Shown in pieces: positions 21,634 to 33,813 of a stretch of 64,000 nucleotides of DNA. Source of the DNA: an uncultured Methanomicrobiaceae archaeon (lineage in GTDB: Archaea; Halobacteriota; Methanomicrobia; Methanomicrobiales; Methanoculleaceae); contig CAWGXH010000004.1 of NCBI GenBank assembly GCA_963826525.1, positions 1 through 64,000 on the forward strand. Reading direction: 5' to 3'. The position numbers and the translations under genes are program-made. The notes beneath the pieces were generated by a model, which searched no databases, was not told where the DNA came from, and worked only from the letters and a program-made list of their open reading frames with translations. Each line of letters starts with the position of its first letter. Position 1 is the first letter of the stretch.

Positions 21634-24600
21634 ATGAACGGAGAACTGCAGATGAAACAGAAGATAAGCTCCGCAATCTCGAATGGGGATGTGCGTGAGA
21701 TTGAGCAGATCGTCAAAGACATCTCTGAGACCCAGACGCGGAAAGAAAAGAGGACACTCTACGAAGAGATGAATGCCACGCTCGTGGAGACGGCATTCGA
21801 TAAGAACCACCCCGATCTTCTGGGTCAACTGATAGAACCCGATAAGGAAGAGGTATATGGCCTTATCCGCCGGGTTGCCGGCATCTATATCGAAACCAGA
21901 GATGACGGGTGGTTCTCCGCGATCTTTACTCTCGCCGATAAACTCGATCGAAAGAGCCATCAATCGGAGATCCTTGCCGAAACGGCACGGGATATGATCC
22001 AGGCAGGCGTCGACTCCCGGGACTTTCACTATATAGAGAAGGGCGGTGAAGTCTTCAACCAGATCAGCATCCGCAAATACCGCTCCGCCATTCTGATCGA
22101 TATCGTCCCGCTTCTCATCGAGTTCGCAGTCCGTTCCCAGAGCATTCCCATCATGAACAGCGCTCTATCCATGCTCTCGGAGATAGGAGATATCTCAAAA
22201 CAGTCACGCCTCCATGCCGATGTCGCACGGGCAATAGCAGCAATCGGCATCGAGCAGGGAGACCTCGACACCGTTATCCTCGGCCTTCGAAGCGCCACCG
22301 AGATCAACCAGAAGATCCGCCGCACACACTGTATTGCAGATATCGTGGATGCTGCATGGAAATCATCCTTAAAGAAGGAGATCACCGACATCGAGCATGT
22401 ACTCGATGCGGTCTCGGATATCCCCGAAGAGAGGCTTGTGGAAGTACTCGCCATCCTGACGGAGCAGACTCCTCGACCGGCAGCGCGACAAGAAGCAGGT
22501 CTACGCAAAATTGCTCAAGATCGACGCCGAGAAACCGTACGGGGGCCAGACGATCGTCCTCGAGCTCTTAAAGAAGGCGGAGCGGAGTGGAGATCGCTGG
22601 TACCTTGAACGTGCTTTTGAGTTCAATACCAGAGCCGGCGCAGCAGGCCAACTCCCTATCGAGGAGATTGTCCTCTCGGGGATAGCGGTCGTGGAGAAGA
22701 GCGGCAACCCGACAATACTGCTCGATATCACACCGCTCATCGAGTCGTCCTGCGACGCCCCGAAAGCGACCCAGCTCTACCGGCAGATCACCGATGCGCT
22801 CTCACGGATGGGCGACTTTTATCATGCCATCGAGGTGATGAAGAAGGCGAGCAGCCGTGTCCAGAGGATCAACGCCCAGTTCTACGACACCGGCGTCCGC
22901 CTGATCAAGGAGGGAATCAACCGCGACGAGATCGACCTCGTCAAGGAGAACATCCTCGGCGCACTCGATATCGATATCGCCGACTCGCTGATCCACCAGG
23001 CGGTCACGGACTTCTGCAAGGAGTATTCGTTCGAGGATATTATCAGGCATATCCCCTCGATCAAGGAGCTCGTCCGGTCGCACCACGCTCAGGATCACCT
23101 CCTCATGGAGAGCAATAAGATCCTGATCGAACGTGGTTTCATCCGCCAGATGGACCCGTCGTCGCTCGTCAACCTCGCCGCACAGATCAACCAGCAGAGC
23201 CTGCGCGAACAGGCGATATCCACGATCGTCATCGAGATGGCAAGGATCGGCGTAACCCAGAAGAACCGCGATCTGCTCCGCCGTGCGACCGGCCTCACCT
23301 GCGAGATCCAGAACCAGCAGGCACGGGCGGAGGCGATGGGAGGAATCGTCGACCATGCAGCGGTGCTCGCGGTGGAGGACGGCGACCTCGATCTGCTGCA
23401 CGGGATGCGGGTGCTCTCAAGCTCACTCCTCGAGAAGGACTACTGCCTCTTTGCGATGGGCAAGGTCATTCACGGCCTTATCATGTACGGCATCGAGCAG
23501 CTCTCGCTCCAGGCACTGGACGAGGCAACCCAGATTCTCAGCCAGATCACGGACCCGTCCCTGCAGCGGCAACTGATCGACCCGCTCATCGAAGGATACA
23601 TCCGGGTCGGCAGCCTCCGGATGGCAGAAGAGGTCGGGCAGGGGAAAGCACGGATCTTCGAGCACATGATGGAACCGTTCGATCTCGCTCTTCATCTGCT
23701 GAAGACCAATACGCCTCGCGACGAGATCTCCATCAAGATCGCAAGTTACGTCGATATCATGCTCGAGTACACGCAGGTCTACGAAGATCCGATGTTTGTG
23801 ATCCCGATGTCGTACTTCACTCTTGAGATCGAGGGAGAGTATGAGCGTAACGCGATGCTCCAGCGGATTCTGACGTATTTCGGCGCATTTACACGGGATT
23901 TTGACTCTGCCGACCCCTACGAGGTCGTGGCGTACCTGCTCGAGAGTGTCGACGGGGCGATCTCGTCGCCTCCGGTCCTGGAACTGATGTATCGCCTCTT
24001 CGATCAGACCGGGAATATCTACGCCCAGTATTCCGGGATGTACCGGATCGTCAGTGCGTATACGACGCTCGGCAACCAGGTAAGGAGCGAGGAGATCATC
24101 GAGAAACTTCACGGCGCCATCGCGACAATCCCGGAAGCCGCTATCCGTGCGGTCATGCTTGCCGATCTTGCCGGCCTGATGGCGGGCACGAACGAGGCCA
24201 GGGCACGGGCATACCTCGATGAAGCGCAGGAGAACCTCGACCATATCGAGCCTGAACGTGAGGCGTTCGTTCGAAAGAACCTGATCTACGCACTGAAGAA
24301 CATCCACGGCGTCAACCGGCAGGAGGGGGACGTCGATCGGGCGGTCGAGCAGGTCGGAAAGATAGGCGATCCCGTCGAGTACGTCGACGCCCTTGCCGCC
24401 GTCTTCGAGATGGTCACCGAACCGGCCCAGCGTAAGGAGATCCTCTCGGCAATGTGCCATACGGTGGTCAGTATTCCGATGCCGCACGTCCGCCTCTCGA
24501 TGCTCTTTGATATCACCCGGTTCGCCGAAACATACGGGGATGAAGAGGACATCACCGATCTCTTAAACGGTATCGACGAGACCGCAGGGCATATCCAGAT

Positions 24601-25201
24601 ACCCTTCATCTCGGCCATGGCTCAGCAGCGGATGGCGCAGATGCTCTTTTCGCTCTACCGGAAGAGCGGGAAACCCATTATTCAGCAGCGTGCCGTCGAC
24701 CTGATCTCGACGATCCCGGACGACCGGATCCGCTACAACCTCATGGTGCAGCTCGAGCAGGCCATGCCCCCGTCGTGGAGAAACACCGTCTACGGGAAGA
24801 TCCTCGAGTCGCGCAACAAGATCAGGACCGGGGAGTATACGACGAAGGACATGGTCTCGCTGGATCGCGCCATCCGCTCGGCTCCCGACCGGGCGAAGCG
24901 GGCGACCTACTATACGGAGCTCTTCCTCTTCTCAAAGAACGCCGGACAGGAGGAACTCGCTGAGAGGATGCTGCTCTGCGCCCTCGAAGAAGCACGGATC
25001 ATACGGCCGCTCTCACGGCGTGCATACGTCCTCGGGGATATGGCGTGCAGGATATGCGCCGAACGATACGAAGACCGGTGCAGGGAGATCGTCGATATGG
25101 CCGTTGCCGAGGCACTGAATATCCGCGACTCTGCGATCCGGGACGAAGTCTACGACGAACTCGATATGTCCATGCGGCTCATCCAGGAGCACTGGCTGTG
25201 A
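21634..25201 (+). CDS. Very large (~1190 aa) all-helical repeat (HEAT/TPR-like) hypothetical protein; frameshift near 22470
   Basis: ORFs 21634-22608 and 22511-25201 have host-like codon usage and join by one indel; recurring amphipathic helical units such as A..I.....R...L..I; no transmembrane or catalytic motif seen. Confidence 0.75.
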
Positions 25202-25485
25202 AGACACTCGAACTCCTCATCTCCGGCCGGGTGCAGGGAGTGGGGTTTCGAGCCTGCATCAAGAAGATTGCGATGAACCTCGGCGTATGCGGCGAGGCGA
25301 TGAACATTCAGGACGGGAGGGTCAGGATCGTCGCTACGGGCGAGCCCGTCCTGCTTGATAAGTTCATCTCCATGCTCTACAGCTGTCCCCGCGTCGTCAT
25401 CAGGGAGATCGCCCAGGGAGAACTTCCACTCACGTATTTTCAGGAGTTCTCAGTCGTCCGGGCTTCTTATCAGTATACTACCTGA
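25198..25485 (+). CDS. acyP: Acylphosphatase
   Basis: ISGRVQGVGFR and N-x-x-DGRV catalytic motifs; GTG start overlaps the upstream stop. Confidence 0.9.
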   Translation: MKTLELLISGRVQGVGFRACIKKIAMNLGVCGEAMNIQDGRVRIVATGEPVLLDKFISMLYSCPRVVIREIAQGELPLTYFQEFSVVRASYQYTT

Positions 25486-26403
25486 TACTCTCTATTCTGC
25501 AGAAAAGCGTCCTGGAGCAGTTTCACCTGGGAGTCGATGCGGTTCTGATCGACGGAGGCGTGGAGCGCTTCAACGAGGCGGCCGGCACAGTCGTCCGAGA
25601 GGTAACACCGTACCGCCCCGCACTCATAGTCCTCCGGGACCAGGGCACCCGCATGCGCAAGAACGACCCTGTCCACCATTGCGACTTTCTGCGGCTCGAT
25701 AAGGTCATAGACAAGGCTCCCGGCACCCTCATGCAACAGGCCGAGGTCGGGACTCAGATGAGCGCCGATGACGGAGACGCAGGCGTTGCCAAAGAGCATT
25801 GCATACCCGAGCGAGAACATGGCATTGACCGGGTCACGATTCGGACGGGGTGTCCGTCTCCGGTAGCCGAGTTCTGCCGGAACCATTCGGGCAAATATCT
25901 CGTAGTACATAGTCTGCCGTAAGCCGATGAAGGCGCCGGAGTTCGTCCATGGTGATCAGGTGCGCGAGCTCGGCGCGGGCCTGATGGAGCAGGAAGAGTT
26001 CACCTTCGTAGAGCAGATCCCCGCCCGCCGCCTCACAGGCCTGCTCGATGAAGAGAAGCCGGGACTGAACCGCAGCCGACGCGATGGCCTGTGCATACCG
26101 GTGCGGGGCCGCACGGGCCTGAGCGGCCTGGATCTCTTCGTCGAGGATATACCCGGGAGCGCGGAGATACCCGGTCGGCGTCCCGTCGATGTCAAAGAAT
26201 GAGATCGCAGAGCCGGCTTTGAGGAGGTTGACCACTGCAGACGTGTGGAGAGTATGGCCGCCCACAATGAGCAGGTGCTCTACGGCCTTCAGCGGGTAGC
26301 GGCGGGTGGTGCTACCCTGCGCAACGATCAACTCGCGTGCGGTGGCCTTGACGTGGCTGCCATAGCCGAATACCGGAAGCCAGGGGATCGGCGGTGTCTG
26401 CAT
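25470..26403 (-). CDS. cas1: Solo Cas1 (no cas2 or array), first catalytic Glu replaced; frameshift near 25910
   Basis: N-terminal beta domain (HLLIVGGHTLHTSAV..LLK.G..ISFFD..G), R..RPNRDPVNAMFSLGYAML, GLLH and LVYDLIEP. Confidence 0.88.
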
Positions 26404-26692
26404 GATACTTCGCTCGTTTGTACTTAAAGGAGATTGTACGGCAGTTTTCATTGATGAATGCATCGATCAAGCGGTGTTTTCCGGGAAGACGTGCTTCGCT
26501 TCGAACGGCTGCTCCTACCCTGCTGCATGCTAGCATTTGACAAACCTTTTGTGTACGTGGAAGGCACTATACTGATACATACCGGTTGTCCCGGCTCCAT
26601 GCCACCTCTCGCCAACCGTGGAACCGGCGTACCGACAAGTATATCCGGGCGGCCCTTCACGGACGCCCACCCGATCAGGGGCACGATCCGAT

Positions 26693-27984
26693 ATGTTCTG
26701 GAATAAAGCGATGGAGACAATCAGCGCCGGAGACCTCGAACTGCTCCAGCTGAAACGGCTGAAGTGGACGCTCCGTCAGACACAACAAGTTGAGCTGTAC
26801 CGAAGAAAGATGAAAGAGGCAGGGGTCGTCCCGGACGATATCAGGTCGCTCGACGACCTGCAGAAGATCCCCTTCACCACGAAGAAAGACCTGCAGGCAG
26901 GCTATCCGTTCGGCCTCTTTGCGGTGCCGCAGAGGGAGATCGTACGTATTCACACGACCTCCGGCACGACCGGGAAACCGACCGTCGTCGGGTACACCAG
27001 AGCAGACCTCGTGAACTGGTCGGAACTCATAGCGCGGAATATGGTGATGGTCGGCCTAACGGATGAGGACATCTTCCAGAACGCGGTTAATTACGGCCTT
27101 TTTACCGGCGGACTCGGGTTTCACTACGGTGCCGAGAGGGTCGGGATGACCGTCGTCCCGAGCGCCACCGGCAATACGAAGCGGCAGATCGAGATGATCG
27201 AGGACTTCGGGGTTACCGCCATCCACTGCACGCCGAGCTACGCCATGCACCTTGCCGAGGTAGCGGAGTCGATGGGGGCGGGGCTTGCCACCCTGAAGAC
27301 CGGAATATTCGGTGCCGAGGCCTGGTCGGAGAGCATGCGCGACGAACTCGAAAGTAGGCTCGGCCTTACGGCATATGACTCCTACGGCCTCTCCGAGATG
27401 TACGGGCCCGGAGTGGCGTTTGAATGCTGAGGAGCGGGACGGACTTCATATCTGGCACGACAGTTACCTCGTCGAGATCATCGACCCGGTGACCGGCGAG
27501 GTGCTCGGCCCGGGCGAAGCGGGGAGAACTCGTCATCACGCCGCTCGTGAAAGAGGCCATGCCGCTCCTACGCTACCGGACGGGGGATGTCACCATGCTG
27601 ATGGAGGAGGACTGCGCCTGCGGGAGGGGACGGAAGATTGCCCGGATCACCGGCCGAAGCGACGACATGCTCGTTATCCGCGGCATCAATGTCTTCCCTT
27701 CCCAGATAGAGCACGTGCTGCTCTCTCTCCCGGAGGTCGGAGAACAGTTCATGGTATATATCGACCGCGTCAAACATCTAGATGAGATGACGATCGAAGT
27801 GGAGATGAGCAAAGCAAGCTTCTCCGGCGAACTGCAGGACCTTGCACGGGTACAGCGGCACGTTGCGGGAGCGCTGCACAGCACTCTCGGCCTCCGCACA
27901 ACCGTGAGGCTCGTGGAGCCGGGGTCCCTCCCACGGTTCGAGGGGAAGGCGCGGCGTGTCGTCGATCGGCGGGGGGCGATCTGA
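26693..27984 (+). CDS. Phenylacetate--CoA ligase family protein; two frameshifts at 27425-27520
   Basis: TTSGTTGKP, GLFTGGLG, YGLSE, RYRTGD, GRSDDMLVIRGINVFP and LPRFEGKA. Confidence 0.9.
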
Positions 27985-29285
27985 TGGTGACCTGGAACCC
28001 GCAGATGGAGAAACTTCCCCGGGATGAACTGCAGCGACTGCAGTTCAAACTGCTCAAGACGCAGGTCTACCGGCTCTACAGTTTCAGTGAGTTCTACCGG
28101 ACCCGGATGAAGGAGGAGGGCGTCCACCCCGACGATATCAGGTCGCTTGAGGATGTCCGTAAACTCCCCTTCATGTACAAGCGCGATCTTCGCGACAACT
28201 ACCCCGACCGGATCTTCTCCGCCTCCCGGGATGAACTCGTCCGCTACCATGTTTCGTCGGGAACGACGGGGAAACCGACCGTCGTCGGGTATACCCAGCA
28301 TGACATCGAGAACTGGACGGAGTCGCTCGCACGGGCATTCACCTCCTGCGGGCTCGGCCGGGGCGATGTCATCCAGGTCAGTTACGGCTACGGCCTCTTC
28401 ACCGGCGGGCTCGGGGCGCACTACGGGGCAGAGCGGATCGGCGCGACCGTTCTTCCCACAAGCGTCGGAAACACCGAGCGGCAGATCGAGTTGATGCAGG
28501 ATCTCCACGTCACGGCGATCGCCTGCACGCCCTCGTACCTCCTCCACATGGGGGAAGTGGCCGAGAAGATGGGTATCTCCATCAAGAACGATACCGACCT
28601 CGCGACCGGCATCCTCGGCGCCGAACCCTGGTCGGAGCAGATGCGCACGAGGATCGAGGAGTGGCTCGGTATAAAGGCCTACGACATCTACGGCACGAGC
28701 GAGCTCTCGGGGCCGATGTTCATGGAGTGCGCCGAACAGCAGGGTATCCACATCTGGGGCGACCTGGCGCTCGTCGAGATCATCGACCCCGAGACGGGCG
28801 AGACACTCGGCCCGGGCGAGCGTGGAGAACTTATCGTCACCATGCTCCAGAAAGAGGCGCTCCCGATGATGCGCTACCGGATCGGAGACATCACGGTGAT
28901 GGACGACGAGCCATGCGCATGCGGCCGCACCCATCCGCGGATCCGGCGTATCTCCGGCAGGGTGGACGATATGCTGATCATCAGGGGGATCAACGTCTTC
29001 CCCTCGCAGATCGAGCATGCCCTCATGGAGATCCCCGATATCGGCAGGCACTTCCAGATTGTTGTGGACAAGAAAGGAGCGCTCGACACGCTGCTCGTGC
29101 GGGTGGAGCTTGGCGAAGGGGCGTTCTCCGACAAGATCACAGATCTGATGGTCTTAAAAAAGGCGGTCGAGAACCGGCTCCGATCCTCGCTCAATGTGGC
29201 GGTGGGTGTCGAACTGGTGGAGCCGGGATCGCTCCCGAGGTTCGAGGGAAAATCGAAGCGAGTGGTCGACAGGAGGTCGATGTAA
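27984..29285 (+). CDS. Phenylacetate--CoA ligase family protein (second paralogue)
   Basis: SSGTTGKP, YGTSE, RYRIGD and GRVDDMLIIRGINVFP. Confidence 0.93.
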   Translation: MVTWNPQMEKLPRDELQRLQFKLLKTQVYRLYSFSEFYRTRMKEEGVHPDDIRSLEDVRKLPFMYKRDLRDNYPDRIFSASRDELVRYHVSSGTTGKPTVVGYTQHDIENWTESLARAFTSCGLGRGDVIQVSYGYGLFTGGLGAHYGAERIGATVLPTSVGNTERQIELMQDLHVTAIACTPSYLLHMGEVAEKMGISIKNDTDLATGILGAEPWSEQMRTRIEEWLGIKAYDIYGTSELSGPMFMECAEQQGIHIWGDLALVEIIDPETGETLGPGERGELIVTMLQKEALPMMRYRIGDITVMDDEPCACGRTHPRIRRISGRVDDMLIIRGINVFPSQIEHALMEIPDIGRHFQIVVDKKGALDTLLVRVELGEGAFSDKITDLMVLKKAVENRLRSSLNVAVGVELVEPGSLPRFEGKSKRVVDRRSM

Positions 29286-29287
29286 CC

Positions 29288-29719
29288 ATGGAGAAGTCGT
29301 ATATCATCAAACAGATCTCAGTCTTTTCAGAGAACCGGCCAGGCAGGCTTGCCGCCGTCGCCGAGGCGCTCAAAGAGGCCGGGATCAATATCTTTGCATT
29401 CAGCATCGCGGAAGCGGACGGGTTCGGAGTCGTGCGGGCGCTCGTCGACCGCCCGGACGACGCTCACCGGAAACTGACCGATCTCGGGTTTCGGGTGTCG
29501 TTCACCGACGTGATCGGGGTGAAGATGCGGGACGAGCCGGGTGGGTTATCGGAGATCGCAGGCGTTCTCGGGGATGCCGCAATCAACATCGAGTATGCCT
29601 ACGCCTACAGCGGCAAAGACGCCGCAGTACTCATCCTGCGGGTCGACCAGGTCGGGGACGCCGTTCGGAAACTCCTCGACCGCGGCAGCGATCTCCTGAT
29701 GGCCTCTCAGTGCCGGTAG
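29288..29719 (+). CDS. Tandem ACT-domain protein
   Basis: KQISVFSENRPGRL..GINI and DEPGGL..INIEYAY; typical partner of paaK-like genes. Confidence 0.9.
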   Translation: MEKSYIIKQISVFSENRPGRLAAVAEALKEAGINIFAFSIAEADGFGVVRALVDRPDDAHRKLTDLGFRVSFTDVIGVKMRDEPGGLSEIAGVLGDAAINIEYAYAYSGKDAAVLILRVDQVGDAVRKLLDRGSDLLMASQCR

Positions 29720-29727
29720 AGGCAGAC

Positions 29728-31015
29728 TCACCGTTTCTCCCATTTTAAGAGTTCCATTACATCGGAGAGCGTCCGGCCACGACGTATCTCCTCACGAATA
29801 CGCTCTTCGGTCTTCCGAACCTCCGTCGCCCGCCGTGCTATCTCGTATGCCCGCTCCTTCGGGACGACGACGACACCGCTCTCGTCGCTGATGATCCAGT
29901 CGCCGGGGCGGACCTCCTGCCCGCAGCAGACGATCTCGGTGTTGATCTCCCCAAGGCCCTTGGGCTCACCTGCGTTCGGTACGGCGAGCTCTCGCGAAGA
30001 GCGGAAACTCCATCCGCCTGATGTCGTCGACGTCGCGGGCGGCTCCGTCGATCACCACCCCGGCAATGCCCCGATTTTTGCAGGAGAGGGTGGCAAGTTC
30101 GCCCCACGGGGCGATGTGGGTTCCCCCGTCGTTGCTGATGACCAGCACGTCGCCTTCTCCTGCGATGTCAATCGCCTCGACGGGTTTTGCCCAGTCACCG
30201 GCGACCGTCCTGACCGTCACGGCTCTCCCCACCATCCGGGCCGCGCCCGATATCGGGAGAAGACCCGTCATCGCTCCTTTTCGGTGCATCGCATCCGAGA
30301 CGTTCGGCGCCGAGACATCGGAGAGGAGGCGACGGATAGCGGCATCGGGGCTTTCCACCAGTGGGGGGCGCACCTCCGGGCGGTCGATGGCCGCCCTGAC
30401 CGCGCGTGCAGAGGCCGTGACGTCTGCCGATCGGATGATGGTGCCGCCGACGATGACAATCCCCGCGCCGGCCGTGACCGCTTCCGCGGCAGTTGCCGCA
30501 TCGAGCCCGCCGGCGACCGCTATCGGAATACCAACCTCGCCGGTGAGGCGGGAGAGGAGGTCGAGCGAACTTCTGCCGAGCATCTGCTGGTCGATGCCGA
30601 CATGGGCGTTGATGTAGTCCACACCCATCGCTTCGAGTTCGCGGGCACGCTTCACCGGGTCGACGACGTTGATGAGGTCGGCCATCAGGCAGACACCATA
30701 CTTTCTCGCAGCGCGAACCGCCTCGCTGACGACCGAGTCGTCGGCGTCGGCGAGGATGCAGACGATGCCTGCACCGGACTTTGCCGCCATCTCCACCTCG
30801 AGCGCACCGGTGTCGGCGACCTTCATGTCGGCGACGATCACCCGCTGTGGGAAATGCTCCCGCATCACCCTGACGGCGGCCATACCCTCGCTCTTGATCA
30901 GGGGCGTTCCGACCTCGATCCAGTCCGCTCCGCCCAGAACCGATTCCTCGGCGATAGCCACGGCGCGTGAGAGATCGAGCAGATCGAGAGCAACCTGGAG
31001 AACCGGCTTTTCCAT
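29728..31015 (-). CDS. 3-hexulose-6-phosphate synthase fused to an RraA/HMG-aldolase-like domain; frameshift near 29980
   Basis: [22 protein letters not shown] and VAGGL, then NVSDAM, WGEL, DGAARD and DESGVVVVP. Confidence 0.88.
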
Positions 31016-31262
31016 ACCGGATAGATTCGACCGGCGGATATATCTGATGCTCGGTCAGGCGGGGAACCGGCCGCCCTCATGCCGCTCATTGAACCGCACC
31101 ACTCCCGGCCGGAGCCTGCCGGAGCGTTTCCATACGGTAACCGGCAATTCGCGTCCGCCTTTTTCGGAGAGCGGCGCACCGGGCGGAGATGTAAATGCAA
31201 ACCCTTTATGTGCGGAGGAGCAGAGTTAGGTTAGAGAAGCGTCTCCCCGCTTCATCCGGGCT

Positions 31263-31841
31263 ATGAGCATGCACGATGATACGGCGCAGAAGAGTTATGG
31301 AAGATCCAGATCGCTTTCCAGGTGCAGATATCGTCATCTTCTGATACTCATTCTTGCAGCGGGGCCGTCATGCTGCCAGACGGTCGATGCGGAAAAGGCG
31401 GAAGTCCTCATCCTGCACTCATACCACTCCGATATGGATCTCGTAGAGCTCGAACAGGACGGCATCGAGAGTGTCTTCAAAGAAGGCGCCCCTGTTCCGG
31501 TGGAACTCCGGATCGAGCATATGGATGCCAAACGACCCGAAAATGGGATCTGTTTTGATTACCTTGCTGACCTGTATCGGTATAAGTACCAGAGCACGCC
31601 ACCCAACGTGATCATCGCCTGCGACGAACCTGCCTTCGAGTCCGCTCTCGCCGGTTTCGACGAATCGAAGAATGGTGAACGGATCATCGATCAGGTCAGG
31701 CAGATCGATGCTATCGTCGCCGAGCTCGACAGCGGCCGGATCGAGTCCGAGAACGTCCGGCAGTTCCTCCACCGCAATTACGGCCTCGACGGGAGAGATC
31801 TGCCGCCGGACGACCGGGACACCGGAGAACGCGACTCATGA
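31263..31841 (+). CDS. Short sensor-protein remnant (extracytoplasmic sensor N-terminus fused to a signalling-protein C-terminal tail)
   Basis: Signal-like segment, VLILHSYH, EHMDAKR and YKY..PNVIIACDEPAF, then directly IDAIVAELDSGRIESENVRQFL. Confidence 0.5.
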   Translation: MSMHDDTAQKSYGRSRSLSRCRYRHLLILILAAGPSCCQTVDAEKAEVLILHSYHSDMDLVELEQDGIESVFKEGAPVPVELRIEHMDAKRPENGICFDYLADLYRYKYQSTPPNVIIACDEPAFESALAGFDESKNGERIIDQVRQIDAIVAELDSGRIESENVRQFLHRNYGLDGRDLPPDDRDTGERDS

Positions 31842-31861
31842 CAGGAGGTTCTGGTGAGAGC

Positions 31862-33056
31862 ATGGAGCAGGATACGCACTACCGGCGACGCCTCCCGACG
31901 GAGGTCGAAGAGCGGATCGCAGCCTACATAACGGCAAAAGAAGGGCTTCTGGCCAGGTTCGCAGCGAGGAGCGGAGACGGCATTCGGAGGCGGGGAGGTA
32001 GGCAGGAGGATATCCGGGCTCGATACTCCCGTGATGCCGACCGTATCATGCATACCAAGGCCTACGCCCGCTATATCGACAAGACACAGGTATTCTACCT
32101 GGTCAGAAACGACCACATCACCCACCGCGTCCTCCACGTCCAGCTCGGTCTCGAAGATCGGACGGACCATCGGCAGGTCCCTTCGCCTGAACGAGGATCT
32201 CATCGAGGCCATCGCTCTCGGTCACGATATCGGCCATATCCCGTACGGCCATGCAGGGGAGGCATGCCTCTCGGAGATCTGCCGAAAGGCGGGTATCGGG
32301 TCGTTCCGGCATAATGTTCAGAGCGTACGGTTCCTCACCGGGATCGAAGACTGCGATCTGACGCTCCAGGTGCTGGACGGGATTCTCTGCCACAACGGAG
32401 AGGCGTACGACAGCAGGATGGTGCCCCTGCCAGGAAAGACCTGGGACTCCTTCGATGAGGAGATCCGGGACCTCTCCGAGGGCGGGGAGGGCCGCCCGCC
32501 GATGACCCTCGAGGGGTGCGTCGTCCGGTTCGCAGATACGATCGCCTACATCGGCCGTGATATCCAGGATGCACAGGAGGTCGGCCTGATCGGCGATACG
32601 GTGGAGATGCCTGCCCGCGTCCGGGAGGTTCTCGGCGAGAGCAATCGATCCATCATCGACACCCTGATCAAAGACCTGATCGAGCAGAGCGACGGTGAAG
32701 CGGAGCCTCTCATCAGCTACAGCCCCGACGTCGCGGAGGCGCTCGCCGAGCTGAAACGCTTCAACTATACTCATATCTATCACCATCCCCTGGTGACGGC
32801 GGAGCTTTCCAAGATACGGCGAATGTACGATACGATCTTCGCCGCATACCTCGAAGACCTCGAGCGCGAACGAAAGGAGTCGCCGATCTACACCGGTTTT
32901 CTCGACACGGGATGGATCAGTCCCGAGTATCGCAGGAATACCGGTGACGCCGAGATCGTCAGGGATTTCATCGCCGGCATGACGGACCGGTACTTCGAAC
33001 GCCGGTTCGAAGAGATCGTTCTGCCGAAACGAGTGGACTGGAAGTTTCAGGGATAG
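31862..33056 (+). CDS. HD-domain dNTP triphosphohydrolase (dGTPase-like); frameshift near 32150
   Basis: RDADRIMHTKAY.RYIDKTQVF, HRVLHV, GHDIGHIPYGHAGE, ADTIAY..DIQD and DFIAGMTD. Confidence 0.88.
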
Positions 33057-33481
33057 GGCTCTTCTGAACGCCTGCATACCCGGGCGGAGGAGCGGCAGTC
33101 AGGGAGAGACAGCGTGGGCATGCTCGCCGCTCCGGTTCAGCAAACCATAAATACACGAAATCCGGCCAAAATCCGGCCGAATTTAGACCTTCACAGAAGC
33201 CCGTAGACGGCGGTTCTCCCTGTCGGTAAGGGTATCCATCCTCTCAAAATTACCCCCGCTCATATGGCCATTATAACTCAACAATTCTTCCATTTTTCTC
33301 GAATCGGACGGTAATTTTTCGTTTCCTTTCAGTGCCGGAATCAGGGCCCTGAAATCTTCGTTAAAACCGGAAAAGGACGCTATTTTGACTTGTTTCAGGA
33401 ACGGCGAGAGGGCGACCCCCTTGGGTACGGGTGCTGCCCAGGTCCGCGAGCCCGATCCCCGCCACAACGGAGAAGGAGAGA

Positions 33482-33505
33482 TCCCCTCCTGCCAGAGAGT
33501 ATTGG
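33482..33505. repeat. Third copy of the hairpin-repeat core
   Basis: TCCCCTCCTGCCAGAGAGTATTGG, identical to 7375-7398. Confidence 0.75.
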
Positions 33506-33813
33506 AACGACCTCGGGAGAGTGGCGGGCACGAATGCCCGGTCGGCCGTCTGCAAGAGGTGTTCTGTAAAGCCGGGGACAGTGCACCTGCTTCCGACCAC
33601 CTGCAGAATTCCGCTCTCGTTCGGGCGGTCTCCAGGCTTCCAGGATGTGAACGTGCAGGATCGCACCGTCCGGCACCGAGAAGGGGGAAACTATTAAGCA
33701 TGAGCGTGCCGGAGATGCCGGAATCCGAACCGAACGCTTCACCGGTGCGAGGATAGAAGAGCAGGGCTCATGCGGTCCGGAGAGGCTTTCGTGAGGAAGG
33801 AGAGGCGATCGAC

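Noticed and set aside
25470-26700. CRISPR array or casposon around cas1
   Set aside because: No regularly spaced direct repeats, no cas2, no PolB and no terminal inverted repeats; the flanks are ordinary metabolic genes.
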